Part shown: piece by piece, positions 37,104-46,199 of the stretch
Position numbering within the stretch: the stretch's first letter is position 1
Layout of the letters: each line of letters opens with the position of its first letter
Position numbers and translations under genes: made by a program
IMG/VR virus record: IMGVR_UViG_3300009159_005817
Span: 62,001 to 122,425 of that record
Origin: an uncultured virus (IMG/VR IMGVR_UViG_3300009159_005817)
Lineage: Duplodnaviria; Heunggongvirae; Uroviricota; Caudoviricetes
Length of the DNA: 60,425 nt
Reading direction: 5' to 3' (one strand)
The notes under the pieces: model-generated
What the model was told of the DNA's origin: nothing
What the model saw: only the letters and a program-made list of their open reading frames with translations
Databases searched by the model: none

Positions 37104-37364
37104 ATGCGAACACATGCTTCAACAACTTACTTCGAAACGCAATCATCCGCTTTAAACGAAGCATTTCAACACGTTCAATCTCGAGGTTATTTGGTAAACG
37201 AACCCGATAATCTATGGACTGAACATGTTTCATACGGAACAACCGTTCACTATAATCTTCCTCTTATTCTCGAACGAACAGGTAATCCTGCTCGTAAATG
37301 GTTGCATGTAAATCTTCATCGTATGGATTCAGGAAGATATGAATTAAACTACTACTTAAATTAA
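37104..37364 (+). CDS. hypothetical phage protein
   Basis: Ends HRMDSGRYELNYY. Confidence 0.6.
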   Translation: MRTHASTTYFETQSSALNEAFQHVQSRGYLVNEPDNLWTEHVSYGTTVHYNLPLILERTGNPARKWLHVNLHRMDSGRYELNYYLN

Positions 37365-37370
37365 TAAATC

Positions 37371-37598
37371 ATGATAAGAAAAAAAGAAGAACAAACCGGA
37401 CCTATCGTTATCGATCTTACTGGTCCTGATGGTAATGCATTCGCCATAATCTCATATGCAAATCGTTTCGCAAAACAAATGGAAATGCAACCAAACGATC
37501 GAGCACAAATGAATACCGATCTTATGTCTGGAGATTATGAACATCTCCTTCAAGTATTCGATAAGCACTTTGGTGAATTCGTTATTCTTGAACGATAA
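37371..37598 (+). CDS. conserved phage protein
   Basis: IDLTGPDGNAF...SGDYEHLL motif. Confidence 0.65.
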   Translation: MIRKKEEQTGPIVIDLTGPDGNAFAIISYANRFAKQMEMQPNDRAQMNTDLMSGDYEHLLQVFDKHFGEFVILER

Positions 37599-37603
37599 AA
37601 AAA

Positions 37604-37659
37604 TGTTAATAACTTTTTGTCAAAATATTTTTTTATTCCACAAATTTGTTTTATATTTG
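37604..37659 (+). promoter_or_regulatory. composite promoter copy 10
   Basis: TGTTAATAAC at 37604, TATATTTG at 37652 (48 bp). Confidence 0.8.
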
Positions 37660-37689
37660 TTATATCAAATTAATTAAAAAATCATATAC

Positions 37690-38784
37690 ATGGAAGCAAT
37701 CCAATTAACAAATGCTCAAATCCTCAAAGCTGAAAAACGTCATGAACGTTCGAGATTTGCAGATAAGTATCAGCTAAAAAACCCATACAATGGAACTGAA
37801 TATTTGTTCCGTGGAATATGGCGTTCAAATCGAGAATTTATTATTTCTCGAGGAACAGAAACTTATTTGGTACCATTTGATAATGTGAATCCAAATCCAA
37901 CAAACGCAAAAATCGAATCTGCTGAGAATCGCAAAATCGAATTGGTACTTATTGATGATCTACATTATGATGATCGTATCTTTCAACCAATGCGAACCGG
38001 AACCCCAATCGATTACATGTTTTCAAACGATGGTGGAATTTATCCGGCTACAAATTACATGGTTATCGGTGATCCTGGCATTGGGAAATCTACACAAACA
38101 CTTGATCTCCTTGCAAAAATCAAAAAGAACGAACCTCATCGAAAAATACTTTTCATCTCTGGCGAAATGAATCAAATCGATATGTATGGTTATGTTAAAC
38201 GTTATCCATCATTCGGTAAAATACCTACTCTCTTCCTTTGTGATTATCTAGACGAGGATCCTAAAGAAATCATCGAACAAACATTTAATCAAGGTTGGGA
38301 TATCATCCTTATCGATTCATTTATCGAAGTTCAAGAATCCGTTCAAGCTTCTTCAAATATGACAAGAACTGCAGCAGAAAAATGGTTAATCGATATGATG
38401 GTCACTCAAAATAAAGGAAACAATGAAGCAAATCTATTTACATCCGTACTTGCAATTCAACAAGTAACTAAGGGTGGTAATTTCGTTGGTTCCAATAAAT
38501 TAAAACATAATACAACCGGTATGATCGAATTAAGATACTCATCCGAATTTACCGGTGATCGTTATGCTAAGGTAACTAAAAATCGTCGAGGTTTCAAATA
38601 CGAAAAAATATACTTCTCTCTTGATAATCCACTCGAAGTAGAATACGATCAAAAACGACTTGAACGAGATGAAGAAATTCGTAAACGTTTACAACGTGAA
38701 AAAGAAACTCTTCTTTCCGAGGAAGAGAAATTCAATAAGATTTTCGGTATCATACAACCGGAATTAACCGAAACAGAAAATTAA
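37690..38784 (+). CDS. RecA-superfamily ATPase, RadA/Sms-like (no Lon domain)
   Basis: GDPGIGKS Walker A, ISGEM, ILIDS Walker B, QVTKGG.FVGS..LKH, KNRRG. Confidence 0.85.
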   Translation: MEAIQLTNAQILKAEKRHERSRFADKYQLKNPYNGTEYLFRGIWRSNREFIISRGTETYLVPFDNVNPNPTNAKIESAENRKIELVLIDDLHYDDRIFQPMRTGTPIDYMFSNDGGIYPATNYMVIGDPGIGKSTQTLDLLAKIKKNEPHRKILFISGEMNQIDMYGYVKRYPSFGKIPTLFLCDYLDEDPKEIIEQTFNQGWDIILIDSFIEVQESVQASSNMTRTAAEKWLIDMMVTQNKGNNEANLFTSVLAIQQVTKGGNFVGSNKLKHNTTGMIELRYSSEFTGDRYAKVTKNRRGFKYEKIYFSLDNPLEVEYDQKRLERDEEIRKRLQREKETLLSEEEKFNKIFGIIQPELTETEN

Positions 38785-38824
38785 TCAATAATCCATAAAC
38801 AAACAAAATCAAAAATAAATAATT

Positions 38825-39337
38825 ATGCAAGCTACAAAAGCAACACCAGTAAGAAAAGATCGCGATCTAATGCGTCAAAAATCTAATGCCAGTCCTGTTC
38901 TCCTTAAACATTGGGAAGCTAATTACACACATTTTCATCGTAATGTAATTAATCCATCATTGTTAAAACAGGAAGATCTTGGCCTTGAATTTAAACATAA
39001 AGAAAGAACTTTTAAAATTATCGGAATGACTTCTATTTGGACAATGATCGTCGAAGAGATTCGCGAACCAGGAATGAAACCGGTGTATTGGGAATGTTCT
39101 CGACATTTTGTTCAATTCGCATTAGGCCGTAAAATTCAAGAGTACTTCAAAATTAAAGGAAAGATACATGAACGTCCTAGAGATTATGATGCAGTGCAAT
39201 TATATCTTCCACCAATTTCCGTTCTTAGAAAATTGAAAATTGATAAGGATGAAGATGAAATTCAAGAAACTAAACCTAAATTCGAGATCTTTCAAGAAGA
39301 CAACACAAAGGACGATTACAATAACGAATACGAATAA
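38825..39337 (+). CDS. hypothetical protein
   Basis: 170-aa ORF. Confidence 0.6.
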   Translation: MQATKATPVRKDRDLMRQKSNASPVLLKHWEANYTHFHRNVINPSLLKQEDLGLEFKHKERTFKIIGMTSIWTMIVEEIREPGMKPVYWECSRHFVQFALGRKIQEYFKIKGKIHERPRDYDAVQLYLPPISVLRKLKIDKDEDEIQETKPKFEIFQEDNTKDDYNNEYE

Positions 39338-39338
39338 T

Positions 39339-39980
39339 ATGAAATATCTATCAATCGACATAGAAACATCTGGCTTAGATCCGGAAAACAATCAGATACT
39401 TTCAATCGGAGCAATCATTGAAGATACGGAAAACCGGCTACCATTCGATGAGATTCCTAAATTTCATGTATGCATATTGACTGATCAATTAACCGGATCT
39501 CCATTTGCACTCGACATGAATCGTGAACTCATCGAATCAATGGTTCATTATCAAACTGCCGAGGATCAAGATGAAAAGAATGATTTAGTAAACATGACTG
39601 GCATGCAATTCTTACAACGAGATAATGTGGTTGAATCTTTCTACGATTTCTTATTTCGTAATGGAGTCGTGGAAAATGTTGATTTTCCTATTAATCCAGG
39701 ATTAAGTTCTAAAATGAAACCGGTAACAATCAATGTAGCCGGTAAGAATTTCGGTACATTCGACAAGTTATTTCTTGAACGTTTACCTCGTTGGAAACAA
39801 GCAATCCGAATCCGTCAACGAATTATCGATCCATCAATACTTTTCATTGATTGGAAAGCCGATAATGCAATGCCTTCATTAAACACCTGCAAAGTTCGAG
39901 CAAAAATTGGTGGTATCGTAACTCATAATGCTATCGAAGATGCATGGGATGTAATTCAATTATTAAGAACTCAATATTAA
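39339..39980 (+). CDS. DEDDh 3'-5' exonuclease
   Basis: SIDIETSG, GKNF.TFD, HNAIED; start re-placed at MKYLS. Confidence 0.85.
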   Translation: MKYLSIDIETSGLDPENNQILSIGAIIEDTENRLPFDEIPKFHVCILTDQLTGSPFALDMNRELIESMVHYQTAEDQDEKNDLVNMTGMQFLQRDNVVESFYDFLFRNGVVENVDFPINPGLSSKMKPVTINVAGKNFGTFDKLFLERLPRWKQAIRIRQRIIDPSILFIDWKADNAMPSLNTCKVRAKIGGIVTHNAIEDAWDVIQLLRTQY

Positions 39981-40002
39981 TTAAACCTTAAATAAAATCA
40001 AA

Positions 40003-40344
40003 ATGGAAATCTACACTGAAAAAAACGAAAAAACTGCATTTAAAAATCTATTGGAGCCAACTCGTAAATTCTTCCTACAATTAGGAAATTACCTACTAAT
40101 CATCATTGCAATTACTGCCGGTTTTTTTATTGGAAAGTATTATGATGAAGTGTTCTCTAAGGATAAACCTGATGCACAAAAGTTAATCATTACTCAATCA
40201 AAAAATGTATCCGTTGCAATCTCACAAAACAGCGAATTGATTATTCTTGATCGTAACACCGGAAGCATCGCAATGTTCTCGGATACGGTAGGAATAAATA
40301 TATTCAAGTTATATGCGAATCAAATCGCTGGTTCTATAAAGTAA
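40003..40344 (+). CDS. single-pass membrane protein
   Basis: TM YLLIIIAITAGFFIG. Confidence 0.6.
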   Translation: MEIYTEKNEKTAFKNLLEPTRKFFLQLGNYLLIIIAITAGFFIGKYYDEVFSKDKPDAQKLIITQSKNVSVAISQNSELIILDRNTGSIAMFSDTVGINIFKLYANQIAGSIK

Positions 40345-40378
40345 ATTAATTCATAAAATCTAAAAAAACGTAAGTAAT

Positions 40379-40915
40379 ATGAAGAAGCTAAAATTTTTAA
40401 CCGTTATTGTACTAGGTCTTATCGTTGGCCTAATCCATTTAAGAATGGAAAGTAAAATGTACCCAAAAAACGAAAGCCTATCTCTACTTGATTCTGCTAA
40501 ATCTCTAGGAATTCCACGGAATGCGGATTGCATTCAAATGTTTGAATCTATCGAGAAATGGTCAGAATTCTATAAGATACCTAAAAGTTACGCTTATGGA
40601 ATTGCTTACGAAGAAACTAGATACGAAGGACCCTTTCATTGGAACTATCAATCGGAAAGAATTAGTCCAGTAGGTGCAGTTGGTCCTATGCAAATTATGA
40701 TTGCAACTGGAAAATCTATGGATCCATCTGCAAATCGCAAAAGACTTCTAACTGATATTGATTTCAATGTTAGATTATCAATGAAATTACTTCGCCATTT
40801 ACATGATCGTTATGGTGATTGGCACAAGGTATTCGGTTGCTACAATACCGGTAGACCTATGGTAAATCAATATTCAAAAAATGTAGCATCACACAAAATA
40901 GATTGGTCATTATGA
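40379..40915 (+). CDS. signal-anchored lytic transglycosylase (SLT)
   Basis: EET catalytic Glu, GAVGPMQI, CYNTG; N-terminal TM. Confidence 0.85.
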   Translation: MKKLKFLTVIVLGLIVGLIHLRMESKMYPKNESLSLLDSAKSLGIPRNADCIQMFESIEKWSEFYKIPKSYAYGIAYEETRYEGPFHWNYQSERISPVGAVGPMQIMIATGKSMDPSANRKRLLTDIDFNVRLSMKLLRHLHDRYGDWHKVFGCYNTGRPMVNQYSKNVASHKIDWSL

Positions 40916-41139
40916 AAATTAAAATGTTAAGAATAACAGTCGATCAAGCATCAACAATGGCTTGGTTGCATTCATTCATTAAAGAATCTACCCAAAACAA
41001 AGTAGATACTAGAAATGATTACTTAGAGATATACTCTGAGAAGGAATTAGAAATCATAGTTCATACTACTGAAAAGATTGATTTAGCTTTATGGCGAAAA
41101 AACCTTAATATAGTAATTAAAGAGATACCTTCTGCATAA
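40912..41139 (+). CDS. hypothetical protein
   Basis: ATGA overlap with the SLT stop. Confidence 0.5.
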   Translation: MKIKMLRITVDQASTMAWLHSFIKESTQNKVDTRNDYLEIYSEKELEIIVHTTEKIDLALWRKNLNIVIKEIPSA

Positions 41140-41153
41140 CAAAGATAGCCGCC

Positions 41154-41226
41154 TGTTGATGTGTATATTACCTTATTAGGAATCTATTATATGTGATATG
41201 CACATCAACACTGGTCTTCTTTTTTT
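41154..41226 (+). terminator. long hairpin followed by U-tract (terminator or processing stem)
   Basis: TGTTGATGTGTATATTAC pairs with GTGATATGCACATCAACA, including G-U pairs; T run follows. Confidence 0.55.
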
Positions 41227-41249
41227 AATTCATCTTACATATAATAAAT

Positions 41250-42014
41250 ATGAAAACATTAACGATAGGGGATATTCATGGTAGACGAGATTGGAAGAAA
41301 TTCTTATTCGGAAGCAATGATTTATACCGAGAATGGCGAAGAGCCGCAGATATTGGTAAAGTAGATATTGTAAAGAATTTACTTCCTTTATATGATTATG
41401 ATAAAGTTATCTTTGTCGGTGATTATGTAGATTCTTTCACGATAGAAAATATTGATATGAAGGAAAATCTACAGGATATCATTAACCTAGCTAGATTTGA
41501 AAGAGATCGAGTTGTTCTTCTTTTAGGAAATCATGATGTTCAATATTTCATACCTAAGGTTTCTGGATGTTCCGGATTTAGACCGGAAATGATGTGGGAT
41601 TTTCAAGAGTTATTTCAAAGAGATCGAGACCTATTTCATTTAGCATTTCAATACAAAGATTGGTTATGGACGCATGCCGGAATTAACGAAAGATTCTATT
41701 CAGATCATATGGAAAACCGACCTCGTCATGGAACAGACGATTGGGCTCAAGTACTCAATGATATGATGATGAGAGAAGAGCCTCAAGTATTTCAAGTGTC
41801 TTTATATCGAGGAGGTGCATCTCTTTATAGCGGTCCTTTATGGACTGATCGAAAAGAATTAGAAAAGGAACCTATGCCTGGAATCAATCAGATTGTTGGT
41901 CATACTCCAGTAGATGATATTATTGAGATTGAAACTCCTAATGCAAACCTAGTATTTGTTGATACTCTAGAAAGAGGATCTAATCGACCATTCGAGAAAG
42001 TTTTTGATTATTAA
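41250..42014 (+). CDS. calcineurin-like metallophosphoesterase
   Basis: GDIHG, GDYVD, GNHD, THAG, GHT. Confidence 0.92.
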   Translation: MKTLTIGDIHGRRDWKKFLFGSNDLYREWRRAADIGKVDIVKNLLPLYDYDKVIFVGDYVDSFTIENIDMKENLQDIINLARFERDRVVLLLGNHDVQYFIPKVSGCSGFRPEMMWDFQELFQRDRDLFHLAFQYKDWLWTHAGINERFYSDHMENRPRHGTDDWAQVLNDMMMREEPQVFQVSLYRGGASLYSGPLWTDRKELEKEPMPGINQIVGHTPVDDIIEIETPNANLVFVDTLERGSNRPFEKVFDY

Positions 42015-42848
42015 ATGGATAGAATTAAAGTTTGGGCATATTGTTTAGCTTGGAATGAGGAGAAGATGCTCACTTATTATTTGAGACATTACACCACTTT
42101 CTGTGAGCGAGTAATTGTATATGATAATGAATCAACCGATAATTCTAGAGAAATTTGTTCACGATTCCCTAATGTAGAATTCCGAACATTTAGCACAAAT
42201 AATACATTCGACGATTTTGCACACATTGAAATTAAAACTCGATGTGTGCATGAAGCTCGTAATAAAGCAGATTTTGTTATTGTCACGGATTGCGATGAAT
42301 TCGTCTATCATGAAAATATATTGGAATTCTTAAATGCAGCTAAAGGGAAATATTCGGTACTCTATCCTGCAGGTTTCGATATGGTATCTGATAAATTTCC
42401 TACAACTACTGGATCTATATTCGATGAGGTTAAATCTGGAGTTCCTAATCCCTGGTATTCAAAACCTGTTATACTAGATCCTAATTCAGTTTTCGAATTT
42501 TCTTGGGTTGAAGGCTGTCATGAATTAGTTAATGATACTCTAATATCATTTGGTGATATTCATCATGTCGTTGAAGAACATGAGATACCTACAGAAAAAC
42601 CTTACCGAGGACATATGTGGCCTAGATATAAAAAACAATTTGAGATTCTCGATCGATTCTTTGACCATCCTCTTAAATTACTACATTGCAAATTCTTAGG
42701 TATTGATTATGTTGCTGAAAGGCACGAGGCATATTCTGCTAGATTGAGTGACGTGAATATTAAGTCAGAGTTAGCAAATCATTATTCAGATGATCTTCAA
42801 AATAAATTTAATGAGTTGAATTCTCAAGTTAAGTCTATTTTAAATTAG
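42015..42848 (+). CDS. GT-A/GT2-like glycosyltransferase
   Basis: WNEE..L.Y...HY, YDNESTD, DCDEF. Confidence 0.82.
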   Translation: MDRIKVWAYCLAWNEEKMLTYYLRHYTTFCERVIVYDNESTDNSREICSRFPNVEFRTFSTNNTFDDFAHIEIKTRCVHEARNKADFVIVTDCDEFVYHENILEFLNAAKGKYSVLYPAGFDMVSDKFPTTTGSIFDEVKSGVPNPWYSKPVILDPNSVFEFSWVEGCHELVNDTLISFGDIHHVVEEHEIPTEKPYRGHMWPRYKKQFEILDRFFDHPLKLLHCKFLGIDYVAERHEAYSARLSDVNIKSELANHYSDDLQNKFNELNSQVKSILN

Positions 42849-42866
42849 ATCTCGGTAATAATTAAA

Positions 42867-42922
42867 TGTTAATAACTTTTTTCAAAAAGATTTTTTTATT
42901 CCGCAAAGATTTATTATATTTG
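42867..42922 (+). promoter_or_regulatory. composite promoter copy 11
   Basis: TGTTAATAAC at 42867, TATATTTG at 42915 (48 bp). Confidence 0.8.
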
Positions 42923-42946
42923 TATATACCATTTAATAATAAACAT

Positions 42947-43198
42947 ATGAAAATCAAAAACCAAACCAAAACCGTAATCAAATCTGAAATTTTATCAATC
43001 GCCGAAGAAATGTCTGCTAATGATTTTATCAACGAATTTAGTAGTCTATTAACATTTGAAGATATTGATAATTTACTCGATGTAAATGAAGGATTTACTA
43101 ATGTTTCTATCGAAGTAAAAGATGGTAAAAAATATTTAAAAAATGAAACCATCTTCATCTTATTTTGCGATGGTAAATTCGATTCATACTCAAATTAA
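42947..43198 (+). CDS. hypothetical protein
   Basis: Start re-placed at MKIKNQ after the promoter. Confidence 0.55.
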   Translation: MKIKNQTKTVIKSEILSIAEEMSANDFINEFSSLLTFEDIDNLLDVNEGFTNVSIEVKDGKKYLKNETIFILFCDGKFDSYSN

Positions 43199-43303
43199 TA
43201 ATCTAAACTCGAAAAAAATGAAAAAGTTAAAACAAAACTGGCCAATAGTAGCTATACTAATTTGGTTTACTTTAATTGGCATAATTGCAGTTAAATTAGG
43301 ATA

Positions 43304-44407
43304 ATGGAATTAACAAAAGAAATACTAATCCAATACGAAGAAGAAGGATGGATTCGTTCACAATCGCATCCTACTCTCCCATTGAGAATTCTTAACTATA
43401 CTCAGAAAACTCAGTATGAATCTCATTGGGATGAAGTAACTCTCAGTTGTCGAGGACTTATCATCGATTCAGAATATAAGGTAATCGTTCAGCCATTCGG
43501 TAAATTCTTCAATTATGAAGAGGTCGAAAACAAAGGAGAAATTCCTTTGTCTGGTGATTATGTCTATGTCCAAGATAAAATGGATGGTTCTCTTGGTATT
43601 TTATTTTGGTATGAATCCGAATGGATAATGGCTACTCGAGGATCTTTCACTTCAGATCAAGCAATCCGAGGATTAGAAATTGCAAATCGTCTATTTAATT
43701 TAGAGGCTTGGGAAAAATCCATTGCTTATGCATGTGAAATCATTTATCCGGAAAATCGAATTGTAGTTGATTATGGAATTGATGAGAAACTCATTTTTCT
43801 TAGTGCCTTTTATAACCGTGCATTTTATAATAACAATACAAAAGATTCAGAATTACATTGGACTACTGCAAAAGCATTCTTCAATGTAAATGGAATTCCT
43901 TACAAGTACATCGTTCACACCGAACAGCATTTCGTATTTGGAACTTCTCTTTATAAAGCACTAAAGGAAATGAATCAACGAAATTCTGAAGGTTTCATTC
44001 TTCGATTCCATCCTTCTAATTATCGAATGAAAATCAAATTTGAAGATTATGTTAGACTTCATCGAATAATCACCAGCATCTCATCATATGACGTTTGGGA
44101 AAACCTAATGAATACTGGTGAAATGTCTGAAAAGGTTTTAGTCGAAGTTCCTGATGAATTTTATTCATGGGTTCGTAAAACAGAAGAGGATATTCGTTTA
44201 GCATATTCCAAATTAGAAACCGAGTATCTAGATCATTTTGATTCCATCAAACGTTTAGGAACTCGAAAGCTATTTGCTCAATCCGCCAGAAACTTTAGTT
44301 ATCCTGGAATTTTGTTCAATATGCTAGATGGTCAAGATTATTCAAAAGGAATTTGGTTAATAATCAAACCTAAATATGAGAAGCCTTTTAGTAATAATGA
44401 ATCTTGA
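43304..44407 (+). CDS. T4 Rnl1-like RNA ligase
   Basis: LNYT, CRGLI, KFFNY, KMDGSL, ATRGSF, E.IYPENRIV, EGFI, KIKF. Confidence 0.9.
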   Translation: MELTKEILIQYEEEGWIRSQSHPTLPLRILNYTQKTQYESHWDEVTLSCRGLIIDSEYKVIVQPFGKFFNYEEVENKGEIPLSGDYVYVQDKMDGSLGILFWYESEWIMATRGSFTSDQAIRGLEIANRLFNLEAWEKSIAYACEIIYPENRIVVDYGIDEKLIFLSAFYNRAFYNNNTKDSELHWTTAKAFFNVNGIPYKYIVHTEQHFVFGTSLYKALKEMNQRNSEGFILRFHPSNYRMKIKFEDYVRLHRIITSISSYDVWENLMNTGEMSEKVLVEVPDEFYSWVRKTEEDIRLAYSKLETEYLDHFDSIKRLGTRKLFAQSARNFSYPGILFNMLDGQDYSKGIWLIIKPKYEKPFSNNES

Positions 44408-44446
44408 TAAATGAACATCATATAATATTAAACTAATTAACACAAA

Positions 44447-44662
44447 ATGGAAAAACGATACGATAGAGTAATAATCGAATTTCAGAAAGATGATAAATGC
44501 GTAATATCTGCTGCATTATCTGATGCCGATTTAGATTTGCTGCAAAATATGCATGGTCAAGAAAAACATGTTGTTGTTGCAATGATATTTCAAGAGATGG
44601 AAGAATCTTTAAAAGAAATGGATCAAAAAAATAGTGTCTCGGTACGCTCTGACGAAAGTTAA
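44447..44662 (+). CDS. hypothetical protein
   Basis: 71-aa ORF; CATATAAT at 44419. Confidence 0.5.
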   Translation: MEKRYDRVIIEFQKDDKCVISAALSDADLDLLQNMHGQEKHVVVAMIFQEMEESLKEMDQKNSVSVRSDES

Positions 44663-44701
44663 CGATGAGGTCTCAGTAGGCAGAAGGCCTCTGATCCTAC
44701 T
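44650..44701 (+). ncRNA. GAAA hairpin plus H-type pseudoknot immediately 5' of tRNA-Leu
   Basis: TGAC-GAAA-GTTA; GAGGTC/GGCCTC crossed with AGTAGG/CCTACT. Confidence 0.45.
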
Positions 44702-44707
44702 CAACAT

Positions 44708-44787
44708 GCCCTTATGGTGGAATTGGTAGACATGCCAGACTTAGGATCTGGTGCTTAGGCGTGTAGGTTCGAGTCCTACTAAGGGTA
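44708..44787 (+). tRNA. tRNA-Leu(TAG), CCA not encoded
   Basis: GCCCTTA/TAAGGGT acceptor, CCAGA-CTTAGGA-TCTGG anticodon arm, long variable arm, GGTTCGAGTCC. Confidence 0.93.
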
Positions 44788-44804
44788 CTTAAAATAACTA
44801 TATT

Positions 44805-45119
44805 ATGAAAAACCAATTAATGATTGCCGGACTTATACTAACTCTAGGGAGTTGTTCAGTCGATAAAGAAATTATCAGCAAAGCTGAATTTGTAAAATGG
44901 TCAACAAAAAATGATACCATCTTTTATAACATTAATCCAGTTGCTTATTATGACCATTCAGAATATGAGTTAAATCCAGGTCACGGTAAGTATGCTAAAC
45001 CAATTCAGGAATTATCCATAACGCAATTGCGTTTTGATGTTAAGACCGATGAACTAATTAAATATATACATACAATACATCTTAGACAAAAGGTAGAAAT
45101 TGTAGTACCTCGTCATTAA
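44805..45119 (+). CDS. lipoprotein
   Basis: Lipobox-like LTLGSC after a hydrophobic stretch. Confidence 0.6.
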   Translation: MKNQLMIAGLILTLGSCSVDKEIISKAEFVKWSTKNDTIFYNINPVAYYDHSEYELNPGHGKYAKPIQELSITQLRFDVKTDELIKYIHTIHLRQKVEIVVPRH

Positions 45120-45127
45120 AAATATAT

Positions 45128-45199
45128 TGCGGGATAGAGCAGTGGTAGCTCGGCGGGCTCATAACCCGTAGGTCGCAGGTTCGAATCCTGCTCCCGCTA
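45128..45199 (+). tRNA. initiator tRNA-fMet(CAT), CCA not encoded
   Basis: 1:72 mismatch, three consecutive G-C pairs in the anticodon stem (CGGG-CTCATAA-CCCG), GGTTCGAATCC. Confidence 0.93.
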
Positions 45200-45201
45200 C
45201 T

Positions 45202-45276
45202 AAAGATGTAGCTCAGTGACATTAATGAGAGCAATCCGTGAGGACGTGACGGTAGGTTGGATTCCTCCCATCTTTT
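45202..45276 (+). ncRNA. tRNA-like RNA lacking an anticodon loop
   Basis: AAAGATG/CATCTTT acceptor, TA-GCTC...GAGC D arm, TCC-GTGA-GGA tetraloop replacing the anticodon arm, AGG-TTGGATT-CCT T arm. Confidence 0.6.
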
Positions 45277-45281
45277 ATTTT

Positions 45282-45402
45282 GGCTACCTTAATATGTCCC
45301 TGGCCAGGAATCGTAAACCCGAGATGCCTATCGCCCGAAGCACACTAGCTCGTTTGGATCGTAAGCCAACAAAGTTTTTGCCGAGTTTCCTTAAGGGTAG
45401 TA
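45282..45402 (+). ncRNA. putative multi-branched structured RNA
   Basis: Closing stem GCTACCTTAA/TTAAG(G)GTAGT enclosing several short hairpins; GC-rich in an AT-rich context. Confidence 0.4.
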
Positions 45403-45427
45403 TCATCTAAATAAACTCGGCTTTTTT
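45380..45427 (+). terminator. intrinsic terminator closing the tRNA cluster
   Basis: GCCGAGTTT...AAACTCGGC then TTTTTT. Confidence 0.6.
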
Positions 45428-45432
45428 GAATT

Positions 45433-46197
45433 ATGAATATACTAATTAACTATGCTGCATTAGGAAGTAACTATGCAAGAAACCAACCTAATGGAGGATA
45501 TTTCGAATCTCAAAGAAGGAACACTCAAACTGGATTAGATGTTGGTGGATTTGATCGATGTATTAATTATGGATCTCATTCTTTACCCGAAGATTTTTTT
45601 AACAAACACAAAGAACATTTTCAATATACTAGAGGAGCAGGATATTGGATTTGGAAACCTTATATAATTTTAGATGCATTATCTAAAATGGGACCTAATG
45701 ATTTCTTAATGTATTCTGATTCAGGGTGTTATTTCATAGATAAAATAGATCCAGTAATAGATCTAGTAAATTCTACAAAATATGGTGTTGCTGTTTGTGA
45801 AATGCCTCATATAGAAAAATTTTGGACTAAACGAGATAGTTTTATCCAAATGAATTGTGATGAACCAGAATTTACCGACACTACTCAAAGATCCTCTTCG
45901 TTTTTCTTTTGTAGAAAGACAGAATTTGCTCATCATATTGCTAGTGAATGGTATCGTTGGATGTCTCATATTAATTTAGTAGCTGATGAATTCGTTGCAC
46001 CATCAAAGAAACCATGTTATCCTGAATTTATCGAACATCGACACGATCAATCTATTCTTAGTTTAGTTTGTAAATTAAATGGAGTTGAGGCAATACCTGA
46101 TCTTGCTTCATTTGATGAAGGCGGTCATCCAGTGATAGATAATACATATAATAGAAAATTTCCTCAAGTAATTTTCCATAACCGAACACAACATTAA
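45433..46197 (+). CDS. glycosyltransferase-like protein (GT-A, DxG / HRHDQS family)
   Basis: GAGYWIWKPYII, YSDSG, HRHDQSILS. Confidence 0.65.
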   Translation: MNILINYAALGSNYARNQPNGGYFESQRRNTQTGLDVGGFDRCINYGSHSLPEDFFNKHKEHFQYTRGAGYWIWKPYIILDALSKMGPNDFLMYSDSGCYFIDKIDPVIDLVNSTKYGVAVCEMPHIEKFWTKRDSFIQMNCDEPEFTDTTQRSSSFFFCRKTEFAHHIASEWYRWMSHINLVADEFVAPSKKPCYPEFIEHRHDQSILSLVCKLNGVEAIPDLASFDEGGHPVIDNTYNRKFPQVIFHNRTQH

Positions 46198-46199
46198 AT

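Noticed and set aside
44640..44700. Hammerhead ribozyme suggested by CTGACGA/GAAA
   Set aside because: The two core motifs overlap with no stem II between them, and stems I/III cannot be built
45277..45402. HDV-like (theta) ribozyme downstream of the tRNAs
   Set aside because: Could not fit the nested P1/P2/P3/P1.1 double pseudoknot by eye; kept only as an unassigned structured RNA
45216..45410. 64-aa ORF in the tRNA cluster
   Set aside because: Overlaps the tRNA-like and structured RNA elements; GTG start and no protein features
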